From Octopus vulgaris (lineage: Eukaryota): DNA of 64,000 bases. Where the stretch lies: positions 7,254,001 to 7,318,000 of the forward strand of contig OX597843.1 of NCBI GenBank assembly GCA_951406725.2, written 5' to 3'. Shown here in pieces: positions 12,185 to 26,355 of the stretch. Under the pieces are notes generated by a model. It ran no database searches. It saw only the letters and a program-made list of their open reading frames with translations, and had not been told where the DNA came from. Both the position numbers and the translations under genes were made by a program. The stretch's first letter is position 1. Each line of letters starts with the position of its first letter.

Positions 12185-12392
12185 TGTGTGTGTACGTGTC
12201 TGTTTGATGACACCCCACCACCGCTTGACAACCGATGTTGGTGTGTTTATGTCCCCATAACTTAACGGTTCGGCAATAGAGAGCGATAGAATAAGTACTA
12301 CGTTTACAAAGAATAAGCGCTGGGGTCGATATGTTTGACTAAAGGCGGTAGTCGAGCATGGCCGCAGTCAAAATAACTGAAACAAGTAAAAG
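12185..12392 (+). mobile_element. SINE family A, 3' half
   Basis: cgcttgacaaccgatg..gatagaataagtacta..actgaaacaagtaaaag. Confidence 0.85.
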
Positions 12393-13446
12393 ATTAACAA
12401 CTTTGAAAAACTTAATTAAACGAAAGATCAAACCAAGTCATATATCATATCATGTTTCCTCTTCTGTAAGATAACATGGCGTTTCTTTTTTCACACATTT
12501 ATTATGATAGAAACATTTGCGAATGCAGGCATATTAATAGAGACGGTAAAAAGTGTCAGAAAATATCTTTTAAAGAAGACTTTTAGTAAAGTTGTGTGGG
12601 TGATTGGAAAGAGGTCTACAGTAGTAATTCTTTGTGGACGAGTTATCGGGGGAGTTCCATGTAAAGGATGAAATCCGTATTGTTTAAAGTGAATACGATA
12701 TGCCTGTGTTTCTGTGTATGTAGAAGAAGAATGTGAGTAGAAGTCTGTACGTCTGTGTGTATACATACATATATATATATATTTAATTATATCTATGCAT
12801 ACATACATTTATATGCATATATATAAAAGTATGTATGCATATATATGTATGTATATATTTATATATAATATATATATTTATGTATATATATATATATATA
12901 TATTTGCATATGCAAGTATATCATATGTAATTATGTATGTGTATGTATTTATATATGTATGTATATATGTGTGTATCTATATATGTATGTATGTGTCTCT
13001 GCAAGAATGTATATATGTATACATATGAGCGTGTGTGTGCGTATATGTATGTGTGCATCTATGTGTATATATCCGTGTGTGTGCGCCAGCGCGCGAGTGT
13101 GTGTGTGGAACACTGAACGTAGTCCGTACAATAGTCTTAATCGATTTTGAGTATACGTGTGTGTATACTGAATGTATGTACACACACACATACACACACA
13201 CACACACATATATATATACATATATGTATAGGTATATATTCACACTCATCTATTTATCTATACATAGACCTATACAAAGACATAACATATATATACACAT
13301 ACGCACAGATATATACATAATATATATATATATGTATGTATATATATATATATACTATACATATGTGTGCGTATACATACATCGTGCATATATATGTATA
13401 TATCTATGTATATACATTCATATATATATGTATGTGTATGTATATA

Positions 13447-13494
<48 letters not shown>

Positions 13495-13846
13495 CATATA
13501 TACACTTGCATGTGTGTGTGTAAGGGAAAAGCTGAGTAAAAATAACATTGGTGATGTAGATGGCGTTGGTGAGAGATAGACGGGTAGAATCGGAAACTGG
13601 AGAAGAGAGGAGAGGGTGGGGGGTAGGGGTTAGCTGTAGGAGAGGCAGGTGGTTACTGGAAGGATAGGAGGAAGATGAGCGCTGACGGGGGTCGGGCGGA
13701 GGGTGAGGTGTTGCTGCTCTGCTTGCTCTTGTTGTTGTTGTTGGGGGGGGGGGGGTTGCGGCGGTGATGGTTAATGATGGACGTATTAATAGCAATGATG
13801 ATGATTTTGGTGGTGATGATGATGATGATGGTGATGGCGATGCTGT

Positions 13847-13901
<55 letters not shown>

Positions 13902-14224
13902 GGTGGTGGTGGTGGTGGTGGTGGTGGCGGCATTGGCGGCGCAGCATGCAATATAGATGATATGTATCGATTCTTTAAACCTCACCTGCCTTATTCCCAG
14001 GACAGATAAATGACTGCGGCGGCGGCGATGGTGTGGGGGTGGTGTCCATGGTGTAGTGGTGGTCGTGGTGATAATTGTGATTGTTTTGTCTTTTTTTCTT
14101 TTTCATTTTCTTTTTTTTTTTTTGGTCTAGAGTGGATAATTTCTGTACAACGATCGATCATAACAGAAACATTGGCGATCGTTTCACTGGAACCATCATG
14201 GACCTCTAGAAACATATGCAAGTG

Positions 14225-14375
<151 letters not shown>

Positions 14376-14551
14376 ACACACACACACACACATATATATG
14401 CATGTATACACACGCACACACATGCTTACTGAGATACACAGACAGATACACACACACACTCACACATGAATATGTATACTTATATATAGCGAGAGATATG
14501 TATATGTAAGTATGTATATACTTTTTGTTAAAGCTGTAAAATTATCACTGG

Positions 14552-14591
14552 ACTGTTAATCAGAGTTTCATGTTCCCGTTCGTCGGACAGT
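14552..14591 (-). ncRNA. Hammerhead-like motif, second family (decayed)
   Basis: Minus: actgt-CCGACGA-acgggaacat-GAAA-ctctgat-T-A-acagt; helix I actgt/acagt; sister copy at 18943-18977 has helix II acg(ggaa)cgt. Confidence 0.5.
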
Positions 14592-14613
14592 TGTGATAAA
14601 TATGCGTATGTAT

Positions 14614-14649
<36 letters not shown>

Positions 14650-14672
14650 GGATGGATAGATAGATAGATATA

Positions 14673-14832
14673 GGCGTGGTCAAGGTTTTGTAATAAGTTT
14701 GCTTCTCAACCTCAGGGTTCCGGATTCAGTCCCACTGCGTGGCACCTTGGGCAAGTGTCTTATGTTATAACCTCAGGCCAACCAAAGCCTTGTGAGTGGA
14801 TTTGGTAGATGGAAACTGAAAGAAGCCCATTG
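14673..14832 (+). mobile_element. SINE family A, 5' half
   Basis: ggattcagtcccactgcgtggcaccttgggcaagtgtctt..ggaaactgaaagaagccc. Confidence 0.85.
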
Positions 14833-15022
14833 TGTGTGTGTATGTGTGTGTGTGTATGTCCTCAACCAAGCTAAATATGTGACTGTATGCGCGCCGTGAA
14901 TCGCCTTAAGGATTCGAATTCGAACGAATCGCCCCCCCCCCAGCGCTTTTTCAAACGCGACGCTTGTTTTATCAGTGTCTTATGTCAAATCGCAAAGTTA
15001 CGGGAACGTAAACAAGCCAACA

Positions 15023-15076
<54 letters not shown>

Positions 15077-15112
15077 GTATGTATGTATGTATGTATGTAT
15101 TTATGTATGTAT

Positions 15113-15585
15113 GTCACTTTCGAGTGCTACTGGTGACATGTAACCCAGTACAACCTGTTGCATGGTCGGATCGTCGGCGACTAAACCGGCAACCCCACCA
15201 AGCTTACTTGGTAAGGAGGGTGTTTATTGGACACCCTGCGGGATGAAAAACAAAACCCGTCAAAGGGCGGAGGAACTCTTGAGAGTCAACGACCATCCAA
15301 TAAATGTCTTAAGGCTGTATCATGCGCGGGGACATAGAAATAATCGGACTGAATACCCGATCGCGCGGTTAAACCATTGGGAGTGAAGGACTCTTAGGAC
15401 TCCTTTGTTAGGGCATCCTTCTAGGAGAAGGTAACTCAGGAAACTGGGATAACTCCAACATAAAACCTGTGGCTCAGTGGTTACCGATGATGTTGACTTG
15501 TTCTTCTTTTCGGATTATGGCTGCTGTTGCTTAGTGAGTGGGATTGACTCAGTACACAGCCTTTCCTCACTTTAAAAAAAATCTT
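15113..15585 (+). mobile_element. Interspersed repeat resembling an RTE-type LINE 5' UTR or non-autonomous derivative
   Basis: 15113-15335 is highly similar to 47581-47826; contains ggcatccttctaggagaaggtaactc, reminiscent of RTE 5' UTRs; A-rich end. Confidence 0.55.
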
Positions 15586-16228
15586 CTTCCGCAGGAATTG
15601 CACGATAACAACATTGATTAAGCTTCGTGCAATGGCCATACTCGATAACGAGGGGGCAGCCACCATGTATATGTATATATATGATATATTAAATATGTAT
15701 ATATAATGGGTCTGTCCGAGACCGTGGTGGTGGTGGTTGTGGTGGTGGTGGTTGGTGGTGGTGGTGGTGGCGATGGTGGTAATGGTGGAAGTGGCAACAA
15801 TTATGATGGCTGATGAAGATGATGATGCTTAGACTCCTGCCCAAGGTGCCATGCCGTGGGACTGAACCCGGAACGATGTGGCTGGGAAGCAAACATGTTA
15901 CCAGGCAGCCACGCACACGCACATACATTAAACACACCTACACGTGAATGCGAGTGTGTACCTTTACGTATGACATTCGTCTATATCCATCCAACCTATC
16001 TTTATACATGTGTGTGTAGAGAGAGAGAGGGAGAGAGAGAGAGAGAGATCTCACAACCCTCATTCTTACCACGACCACCACTACGGTCATCCGCGTTGCC
16101 ATTATTCGTCACACACGTAACCGCGCACATACATACACATGCATAGGCACATCTACACACATTCACAAATATATATATTATACTCACATATATTTATACA
16201 TATATTCTAGTGTGCGTGTATATATGTG

Positions 16229-16297
<69 letters not shown>

Positions 16298-16523
16298 TTA
16301 TATATATACATATATGTATTATACGCACTTGTATGTATACATTTATTACAGTGTGTGTAAAACTTTTTACATACGTGTTTACGTAATTACATATTTATAT
16401 ACACACACACACATAACATTTGCACAAAACACACACCAAATACACCTACACACATACACACACACACACACAAAACATACGCACACATTTTTCTAAGGTC
16501 CTTCATTGAATTCAGAAATGTCT

Positions 16524-16537
16524 CCGCCAGAGGGCAG
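16524..16537 (+). promoter_or_regulatory. Candidate CTCF-binding site
   Basis: ccgccagagggcag closely matches the CTCF core CCnCnAGRKGGCRS, in a unique island between (CA)n tracts. Confidence 0.35.
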
Positions 16538-16623
16538 TCAGCGGTTTGTCTTGTGAGAGAGATTCTGTCAGAATCAGTCGCGAATCGCTTCTACAACACA
16601 CGTACCACACACACACACACGTA

Positions 16624-16708
<85 letters not shown>

Positions 16709-16751
16709 GCAGAAAACCGATTTCAATAAACGCCTGCTGCTGCTACTGAGG

Positions 16752-16796
<45 letters not shown>

Positions 16797-17002
16797 TACT
16801 ACTACTACTATTACTACTACTTCGGCTGCTGTTATTGTTATTGTTGTTGTTGTAGTTGTTGTTCTTCGCTGCAAGCTGACAGGCTCTCGTGACAGCTGGC
16901 GAGTTCTTAGCGAAATTTTTACAATATTCCAAGACTATCGCTCGCCATCACCTTTGTGAGCTCACATCTGATGAGGAAGTGTCCGTCCGTCCGCCCGTGC
17001 GC

Positions 17003-17040
<38 letters not shown>

Positions 17041-17258
17041 CGTAAGAGAGGAGGTAGAAAGGCTTGTGTATATATATATACATATATATGTGCGTGTGTG
17101 TGTGCCTATTTTCTATAATATATGACATAGGGTTATAGATGTATATGTGTGCATATATATATACTTATCTATATAGATATATACATATATACTTAAGTAT
17201 ATATATATGTGTGAGTGTGTGTGTGTTTACGTGTGTACGCAAATGCAGCTCCCTCTTC

Positions 17259-17294
<36 letters not shown>

Positions 17295-17301
17295 TCACAT
17301 A

Positions 17302-17423
<122 letters not shown>

Positions 17424-17490
17424 CATACATACATACATACATACATACATACATACATACATACATTCGTTTGTCTCAATGCATATTTAT

Positions 17491-17537
<47 letters not shown>

Positions 17538-17803
17538 TACGAGAACGCTTTCATGCAATAAGCCGACGAAAGCGCTACACACTCCCAGTCAACAACAGAG
17601 TAAACACTTTATTCCCCGCTTTATTCGCCCTTCCACTATCACCACCACCACCACTATTCCACTGTACATCTTTAAAACATTTTAATATCTTATTCACCTC
17701 CGAAATTTCATTACGCCTCCGTTGTCCCTTAAAAATACGAGTGACGACCAAATACAACGTCATACAACAAAGTTTGTTCTCTTTTCAGAGGGCCGCGTTA
17801 TAT

Positions 17804-17880
<77 letters not shown>

Positions 17881-17881
<1 letters not shown>

Positions 17882-18274
17882 TAGCAGTATGACCCGGCGT
17901 TGCTCGGGTTTGTTTTCTTTTCGACAATTTAGAATTAGAATTTTTGAAAAGTAAAAATTTTGCATTATGTAGCTTGTTTATTCTCTTTAAGTGAACAGTT
18001 TTCTGGTTGAAATACACCGAAAAATGGCGACACAGCAGTCAGAAAATCGTAAATAATTGGGATTTTCATAGAAAAAAAAGCACCTTTTTGATGTAAATAA
18101 TTTTTGGTGTTAACATTGTCCGATTTGAATTTTGTCTTCTACGGAATAAAGAACAAGCTTTCTTCTATCATACTCTCAATTTTGGTCAACTTGTGCCGCA
18201 GGGTCTCGGAAGAGATAGTGTTGGTTGAAGGCTACCAAACCTGCCACACAGACAACTTCAGCTTTATATATAGA
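17881..18274 (-). mobile_element. Non-autonomous Helitron, complete (394 bp)
   Basis: Minus strand starts TCTATATATAAAGC and ends with hairpin acccgagcaacgccgggt then catactgCTAG; inserted between A and T in (TA)n with no TSD. Confidence 0.85.
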
Positions 18275-18278
18275 TATA

Positions 18279-18378
<100 letters not shown>

Positions 18379-18420
18379 CATACATACATACATATATATA
18401 TATATATATTTTATAATAAG

Positions 18421-18468
<48 letters not shown>

Positions 18469-18942
18469 GTATATATATATATATATATATATGCGTTATC
18501 TGTTCGCTGCATTTGGTCACGTGGTTATATAACGTCGGTGACCGTGGCAGCGTCTCTGTTTTGTTTGCTCTTTCTCCGACGTCAGCACCACCCCTGCCGC
18601 CGTCGCCGCCGCGCCACTCATACTTTCTACCTGTGAATATATGTGAAGGCAAACGAGTATATATGAACGTATATGTATGTATGCATTCGTGTGTGTTTGT
18701 TCTTCGGAAGGGAAGTATTCGTGCATACAAACACATACACACACACACCACAGACACACAGGTGAGCACATACGTGCAAAACAAGGTGGGGGGAAATTGT
18801 ACTCGATTACTAAAGGTAGAGCAATATGCTTTTGTTCAACATGCAAAATTATCACAAAAACTGTTATTCAAAGTTTCACGTTGCCAGTTATGACGAAACC
18901 AAAATTTGAGTGAAATGTGAGCGAGAATTGAGCAAAATTTCA

Positions 18943-19012
18943 GCGACGAACGGGAACGTGAAAGTCTGGGTAACAGTTTTCGAGATAATTTTGCAGCTTT
19001 AATAAAAGTACA
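18943..19012 (+). mobile_element. Truncated pLTR-like fragment with hammerhead-like remnant
   Basis: gcgacga-acg(ggaa)cgt-GAAA-gtctggg-T-A-acagt; downstream ataattttgcagctttaataaaag matches reverse of 14521-14545. Confidence 0.5.
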
Positions 19013-19024
19013 TACAAAGATATG

Positions 19025-19067
<43 letters not shown>

Positions 19068-19394
19068 GGAGATCTCCTTCGGTCTTGAATGACCGTTGGA
19101 GTGCACCAATAAAGTTCCTTCCGAAGTAAAAGATTGGTTATGGAAGACCAGCAGTCGCCCATGCATACCAGACTCCTCTCTCTACACCACTGATGTCATC
19201 CAAGGGAAAGGCAAAGGGACCGATACAGCTTGGCACCTGTGATGTCGCAACTCATCTCTACATCTGAGTGAACTGGAGCAACGTGAAATAAAGTGTCTTG
19301 CTCAAGAACACAACACGCAGCCCGATCCGGGAATCGAACTAACAACCTCACGATCGTAAGGTCGATGCTCTAACCACTGAGCCATGCGCATTCA

Positions 19395-19395
<1 letters not shown>
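19068..19395 (-). mobile_element. SINE family C, tail type 2, full length
   Basis: Minus head gcgcatggctcagtggttagagc..gttcgattcccgg, body gtgttcttgagcaagacactttatttcacgttgctccag, distinct tail ggtatgcatgggcgactgctggtcttcc. Confidence 0.85.
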
Positions 19396-19453
<58 letters not shown>

Positions 19454-19829
19454 TCAGAAATCTGGATGGTTTTATATTTACAGATATTTATTAATATATC
19501 ACATGTTTTTATAAATCATATATCAGCGCTTGCGTCCAATCTAGTGGAGTGGTCAGATTGAACTTTTGCAGGAATTTTGTCTCTTTTTATAGTATTATTG
19601 AGTGTGAAGGGGTAGGGAGAGATATAAGATAGTACAAGAGGGTGGGGAATGGGGAGAAAGTGAGAGAGAACGCGCGCGTGTGTGTATGTGTGTGTGCTTT
19701 TGTATCTGAAAGGTGTTTTAATGGAAAAGAGAAGGAAAGGAAGAAGGAGGGGAGAAAGAACAAAACAATGTGTTTACATTTTTGCAGCTGGTCAGTCATT
19801 CAATAGTAAATGATTCTTGGTTTTCATTC

Positions 19830-20600
19830 AAATTATTCCCAAATATTGCTTAAATATCCTTCAAATTTCGCTTAAACCTTTCTAAAATCTCGCTCAAATC
19901 TCACTGAAATCTCGCTTAAGTTTCCCTCAAATCTTGTTCAAGTCTCATTGAAACTTCGCTCACGTTTCCCCCAAATCTCGCTCTGATCTCCATTTAAATT
20001 ATTCCCAAATATCGCTTAAATATCCTTCAAATTTCGCTCAAACCTTTCTAAAATCTCGCTCAAATCTCACTGAAATCTCGTTTAAGTTTCCCTCAAATCT
20101 TGTTCAAGTCTCACTGAAACTTCGCTCACGTTTCCCCCAAATCTCGCTCTGGTCTCCATTTAAATTATTCCCAAATATCGCTTAAATATCCTTCAAATTT
20201 CGCTCAAACCTTTCTAAAATCTCGCTCAAATCTCACTGAAATCTCGCTTAAGTTTCCCTCAAATCTTGTTCAAGTCTCACTGAAACTTCGCTCACGTTTC
20301 CCCCAAATCTCGCTCTGGTCTCCATTTAAATTATTCCCAAATATCGCTTAAATATCCTTCAAATTTCGCTCAAACCTTTCTAAAATCTCGCTCAAATCTC
20401 ACTGAAATCTCGCTTAAGTTTCCCTCAAATCTTGTTCAAGTCTCACTGAAACTTCGCTCACGTTTCCCCCAAATCTCGCTCTGGTCTCCATTTAAATTAT
20501 TCCCAAATATCACATAGATATCCTTCAAATTTCGCTCAGACCGTTTATGTATCTCTGAAATTTCGTTCAAATCTCCCTCAAATCTCGCTCAGATCTACTT
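19830..20600. repeat. 166-bp higher-order tandem repeat (~4.3 units) built from ~11-bp subunits
   Basis: aaattattcccaaat starts at 19830, 19996, 20162, 20328 and 20494; subunit consensus aaatctcgctc. Confidence 0.95.
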
Positions 20601-21054
20601 AAAAACTTGCACCTTAATCTTAAAAATAATGGAATGATCAGCAGACCTACCTAGGGACCCTAACCCCGTTCTGTCATAGATGCCTAGGGCTACACAGCAG
20701 GAACAGCAACAGTAGACACATAGTCACGTGTCTGAATAATTTCATCCATTGATTAAGGTTCAACATTTACTAATTGCCGTTGAAAAACATCTGCTTTCTC
20801 AATCGTTCGACAGATGTCGCCTGTTGAAGCTGTTCACAGGTTTCGTTGGTTTATAATGTGGCGGCGGCGGCGGCGGTGGTGGTGGTGGTAGTGGAGCAGA
20901 TAGATATAAAGAGAAGGGGTATGCATATGTGTGTGTGTGTTTATATGTGTATATGTATGCGTGCATCTGTATGTTTGTCTATCTCAGTCAGTCTATTTGC
21001 TTGTCTATCTATCTGTCTATCTCCCTCTCTTTTTCCGTTCTCTCTCTCACTCTG

Positions 21055-21119
<65 letters not shown>

Positions 21120-21246
21120 ATTTTTCTATTTATCTATCTAGCTAACTACCTATTTATCTGTGTGTCTATCTATTTATTAATCTGCCTATCTATCAATTTC
21201 TCCCCTTCCTCTCTTTCTTTCTTTCCCTCTCCCTCCCTCTCTCTCC

Positions 21247-21299
<53 letters not shown>

Positions 21300-21319
21300 G
21301 GAGTGGCTGTATGGTAAGT

Positions 21320-21353
<34 letters not shown>

Positions 21354-21529
21354 GGACAGATACATACATACATACATACTTCGTTCTAGCATTCGGTTTG
21401 CAAGATTCTTTATGTGAATTCAGGGGTTTAAGCATATTTTATTGTGATTGGAGAATGTCATTCTGTTTTAATGCCTTATTAACCAGTTCGATTTCCACCC
21501 ATTTAGTTAATAATTTTATATATATATGT

Positions 21530-21716
21530 CGTGGCATTCTGTCGGTTACGACGACGAGGGTTCCAGATGATACGACCAGCAGAACTGCTTGCTCGTGAAA
21601 TTAACGTGCAAGTGGCTGAGCACTCCACAGATACGTGTACCATTAACGTGGTTCTCGGGGAGATTCAGCGTCACTCAGTTTGTGACAAGGCTGGTCCTTT
21701 GAAATTACAGGTACAA
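21530..21716 (-). mobile_element. SINE family C tail type 1, 5'-truncated
   Basis: Homologous to 10965-11147 and 4185-4290. Confidence 0.8.
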
Positions 21717-21920
21717 GAGAAACTGGAAGAAAGTGTGAGAGAATGTTGTGGTAAAAGAATACTGAGGGTCATTGCTCCTCCATACACACACGCGCGCGCG
21801 CGCGCGCATATATATGCACTAGAGTATATACATGAAATTGAGCTAAAGAAGTACAAGGCTATATAAAATAGCTTACAAGGTAAATCCCTGACCCATTAAA
21901 ATTGCATATGTGTTCGCTTA

Positions 21921-22256
21921 TTCTTTTATTCTTTTACTTGTGTCAATCATTTGAACCTAGTACTTATTCTATCGGTCTCTTTTTCCAAGCCACTAAGTTA
22001 TGAGGACGTAAACACACCAACACCGGTTGTCAAATGGTGAAGTTGGAGGACAAACACGGACAACCACACAAAAGAGACACACACACGTATCTATACGACG
22101 GGCTTGTTTAAGTTTCCGTTTACCAAATCCATTCACAAGGCTTTGCTTCCGGCCGAGGCTATAGTAGAAGACACTTGCCCAAGGTATCACTGTAACGCAG
22201 TGGGACTGAACCCGGAAATATGTGGTTGGAAATCAAACTTCTTACCACACAGCCAC
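21921..22256 (-). mobile_element. SINE family A with internal deletion
   Basis: Head and tail motifs on the minus strand. Confidence 0.85.
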
Positions 22257-22277
22257 GATATATATATATATATATGT

Positions 22278-22315
<38 letters not shown>

Positions 22316-22765
22316 TGAAATGGATGAGGGCCACTACACTAGTGTTACCAAGTAAACGGCACTCAAGAGACAGATAACGGGTGACGAAAGGAGAGTGATG
22401 GAATGCCACCCTTTCCACTGAGACTGAGTAAGTAACAGGCTTAGAAAAAAAGCAAGTACTAGCGTCAGTTCAATCAACAAAGATTTTTTGCAAGGCTGTG
22501 CCCCCAGCATGGCCGCAGGCTACTGACTGAGAGAAGTAAAAGATAAAAGAAATATATACGTAAGACAGTAGGGTGTGATTTGACTGAGATTCGGCTGCTA
22601 TTTCTACCAGCTCAAACGACCACATAGTAGCCCTGTATCTCCATCTTGCTGCTGTTGCTGCTGCTGCACTTGTTTCTGTTGTTATTTCGATCGGGCGACC
22701 ATCGTAAGTGTTTGTAGAAAGTAATATGGTTTTTCTCAACTATCTACACACATACACGTGGCTAG

Positions 22766-22844
<79 letters not shown>

Positions 22845-22853
22845 GTGTGTATT

Positions 22854-22920
<67 letters not shown>

Positions 22921-23253
22921 GTATGCGTGTGTATATATAGATATACGTATGCGTGTGTATATTCATCTGCGAGGTGGTGGGGAGAAGCGGGCAGATTAGG
23001 AAAGGAAGAGGGGCAGGGTGAGGTTTATGTTTATACTCAGTTATTTCCCCCTTCTCTCTCCCTCCCTCCCATGCTAGGCTATAGTCTGAACATTATCACC
23101 AGTAACAATGTCAGGCCTGTTCGTTATCACTTCTGCATTGGTCTGGTTTACATCACAGCCTTTCCCTTCCATCTCTGCCTCTCTCTCTTTCATTGTTTTT
23201 CTCACGCTATCTCTTTGTCTTTCTCTTTCTCTCTTTTTCTCTCTTTGCCACTC

Positions 23254-23327
<74 letters not shown>

Positions 23328-23535
23328 ATATATATATGTGATTCTTCCTATCTCTTCCTTTCTTTCTCTTTGTCTTCCTCTTTCTGTATGTGTGTGTATG
23401 TGTAGGCATACTCGGTTATTGAACGCTTGAAGATGTAGTGGTAGAGTTATTGGGCTGGTGCTATTCTTGTACTCAACTTCTCCCTCCGCTACAAGCATAT
23501 ACATATACATACATACATACATACATATATACATA

Positions 23536-23579
<44 letters not shown>

Positions 23580-23595
23580 CATACACATATATACA

Positions 23596-23720
23596 TGAAT
23601 GGCTTCTTTTAGTTTCTGTCTGCCAAATCCACTCACAAGGCTCTGGTCGGCCCCAGGCTATAGTAGAAAAGATTTGCTCAAGGTGGGAAGCAAACTTCTT
23701 ACTACACAGACACTCCTGTG

Positions 23721-23723
<3 letters not shown>
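23596..23723 (-). mobile_element. SINE family A, 5' part
   Basis: ccaaatccactcacaaggc..cactcctgtgcc. Confidence 0.75.
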
Positions 23724-23781
<58 letters not shown>

Positions 23782-23929
23782 CTGTATGTGTAAAGTAGCA
23801 GTTCTAAGAAAAAACCATTGGTTTCGTATCTAGGCTGAACGAGACATATCTTCAGTTCCTCTAAACGATAACTGTTTCTCTGCAAAGAATGTTTTTCAAA
23901 AACACAAGAACCTTCGTTTTCAAGCGATA

Positions 23930-24112
23930 CTCTCTTTTACTCTATTACTTGTTTCAGTCATTCGACTGCGGCCATGCTGGAGCACCGCATTTAGTCGAGC
24001 AAATCGAACCCAGGACTTATTCTTTTAAGCCTAGTTCTTATTCTATCGGTCTCTTTTGCCGAACCGCTTAGTTGTCAAGCGATGTTAGGGGGAGGGGACA
24101 AACACAGACGCA

Positions 24113-24169
<57 letters not shown>

Positions 24170-24293
24170 GCATATATACGACAGGCTTCTTTCAGTTTCC
24201 GTCTACCAAATCCACTCACACGTCTTTGGTCAGCCCGAGGTTATAGTAGAAGACACTTGCCCAAGGTGCCACGCAGTGGGACTGAACCCGGAA
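23930..24293 (-). mobile_element. SINE family A lacking its first ~45 nt, abutting the LINE fragment
   Basis: Tail to B box intact; head replaced by L1/Tx1 sequence. Confidence 0.88.
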
Positions 24294-25410
24294 CCCCTGC
24301 GCCTTGAAAAAGTTGACGAGATGTTGGCCAGAGAGGAAAGTGTCTCTAAACCTTTCAAATGAGTCCACCATGTATATTCTTTCAGCATATCCACCAGTAC
24401 GATGAAAACTGTTTTACCTCCCCGGTTAAATGTAGGTGGCGGGGCAATATTCACGATAGATTCGGCCGACAACCGAATTCGTCGCAAACGTGACAGCAGC
24501 CGTTCAACATAGGCCCAGAGGTCTGAACTGTTTGGACATTGCACAACTGCGCTGAACGGTTTCGTCGCTCTGACCGCATCTCGAGCTGGTCGGTCCCATG
24601 TTTCTTGAACCGTGTCTGTAGAGCATATCTCGAACGGGCAGTGTTTCCCGATAGCACTGCCAGGGCAGAGATCTCTGGAAATTGTCCATAGGTCCTGGCC
24701 CGAAAGTTGTCCTGAAGAGGCGGGTCGGGTATTCCCCGCCCACGCCCAGAGTCTCCCCAAGAACGTCGTCGCATCTTCCCTCCACTATTCTTCTATAACG
24801 CCTTCGTGAAATTGAAATCGCACAAGTTTGACCACGGACGGCAGAGCTGCTGGAGAGCAGGGCGACACTCGCAGTGTCATTCGCCCAGCCTCGGTCTCAG
24901 CTTGATACATGACTGCAGTTCAGTCAGTGAGACGAGCTGCGATGAGGTGCGTCGCACAAACGACCACCACATCTATTCACCATCGTCTATGAAACGCTGG
25001 AGATGTAGTTTCAGCGCATGTCTGCACATCATCAACCACGGCATACCCAGCCCTCCATTTAGCGGGTGTTAGCAGCAATTGGATCGCCTGACCATCGGGA
25101 CGCTTCCTGTCTACAAAAAGCGGAAGTGCATGCGTTCCAGTTTCGTGATGATAGGGTCAGGACAAGGCACGACGGTCAGACGGTTGCAGATGACGGATGC
25201 GATGTACGCATCTGCCACCTCAGCCCGACCTTTTCCAGATAGCTTCCTCTCGGCCCATTCATTGCTGGGTGAGAGTGGCCACCCTTTCCGTTATCTCGTC
25301 ACAGTTGTTCTCTACTTGGAATTTAATCGGTCCGTCGGCCCAGTATCCCACGATGGAGACGCTGTTGGACGGCATCGGCTTGCTTCTCAAGGTACCGAGT
25401 CGCAAGCCCA
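24294..25410 (-). pseudogene. L1/Tx1-like LINE ORF2 C-terminal fragment (post-RT region and Cys-rich zinc-binding region), with frameshifts and stops
   Basis: Minus frames: [37 protein letters not shown]; FQRSLPWQCYRETLPVRD..SRCGQSDETVQ; QCPNSSDLWAYVERLLSR; GC-rich relative to flanks. Confidence 0.85.
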
Positions 25411-25431
25411 TATATATATATATAGATAGAT

Positions 25432-25508
<77 letters not shown>

Positions 25509-25532
25509 TGTATATATATACATATATATTTA

Positions 25533-25678
<146 letters not shown>

Positions 25679-25936
25679 TAGATAGATAGATAGTTCACTA
25701 AGTCTCAATCTCTCGAGATTTTCCTGATGTTAATGTTGCTGGTGATTGTAATATCCTGGCGGTGCCAGATAGACGTTGGTGGCGGCAGCGGCGTTGGCGG
25801 TTGCGCAGGGGGCAACGTAAGAGAGGGGTGGGTGCTGTGGGAGCTAAGTTGTAAATTGTAGATGTGCGGGAGGGAGCGGAACGGGGCGGGGAGTGACAGA
25901 GAAGACAGTAAAGAGAGAACAAAAAAAAACCTACTA

Positions 25937-25979
<43 letters not shown>

Positions 25980-26151
25980 TTGGGGCCGCTGCTGCTACAG
26001 TGTCAGTTTGTTTACGTTACAATGTGCTACGTCTGGTCAATGTATTTGGCCATCGAAAGTTCTGGGGTGGCGGCGTGGTCTTGGCATGGACAGACAGAAG
26101 CGGGGGTGGGAAAAATATACACACAAACACATACACACATATATTTATATG

Positions 26152-26198
<47 letters not shown>

Positions 26199-26234
26199 AT
26201 AGCAACACACATGTATATATATAGATATATATAC

Positions 26235-26302
<68 letters not shown>

Positions 26303-26355
26303 GTTTAAATATTTAAATGACCATTCCGAAATATAACAATATATATATATATGTA

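Noticed and set aside
14128-14222. Possible exon after poly-T (ggtctag acceptor)
   Set aside because: No convincing donor and no recognisable peptide.
16970-16990. CTGATGA followed by a gga/tcc stem
   Set aside because: No GAAA or helix III follows, so it is not a hammerhead. The same applies to ctgatgaaagagtctttc near 46717.
19320-19395. tRNA genes at SINE heads
   Set aside because: A and B boxes are present but there is no complete cloverleaf, and all continue into SINE bodies.
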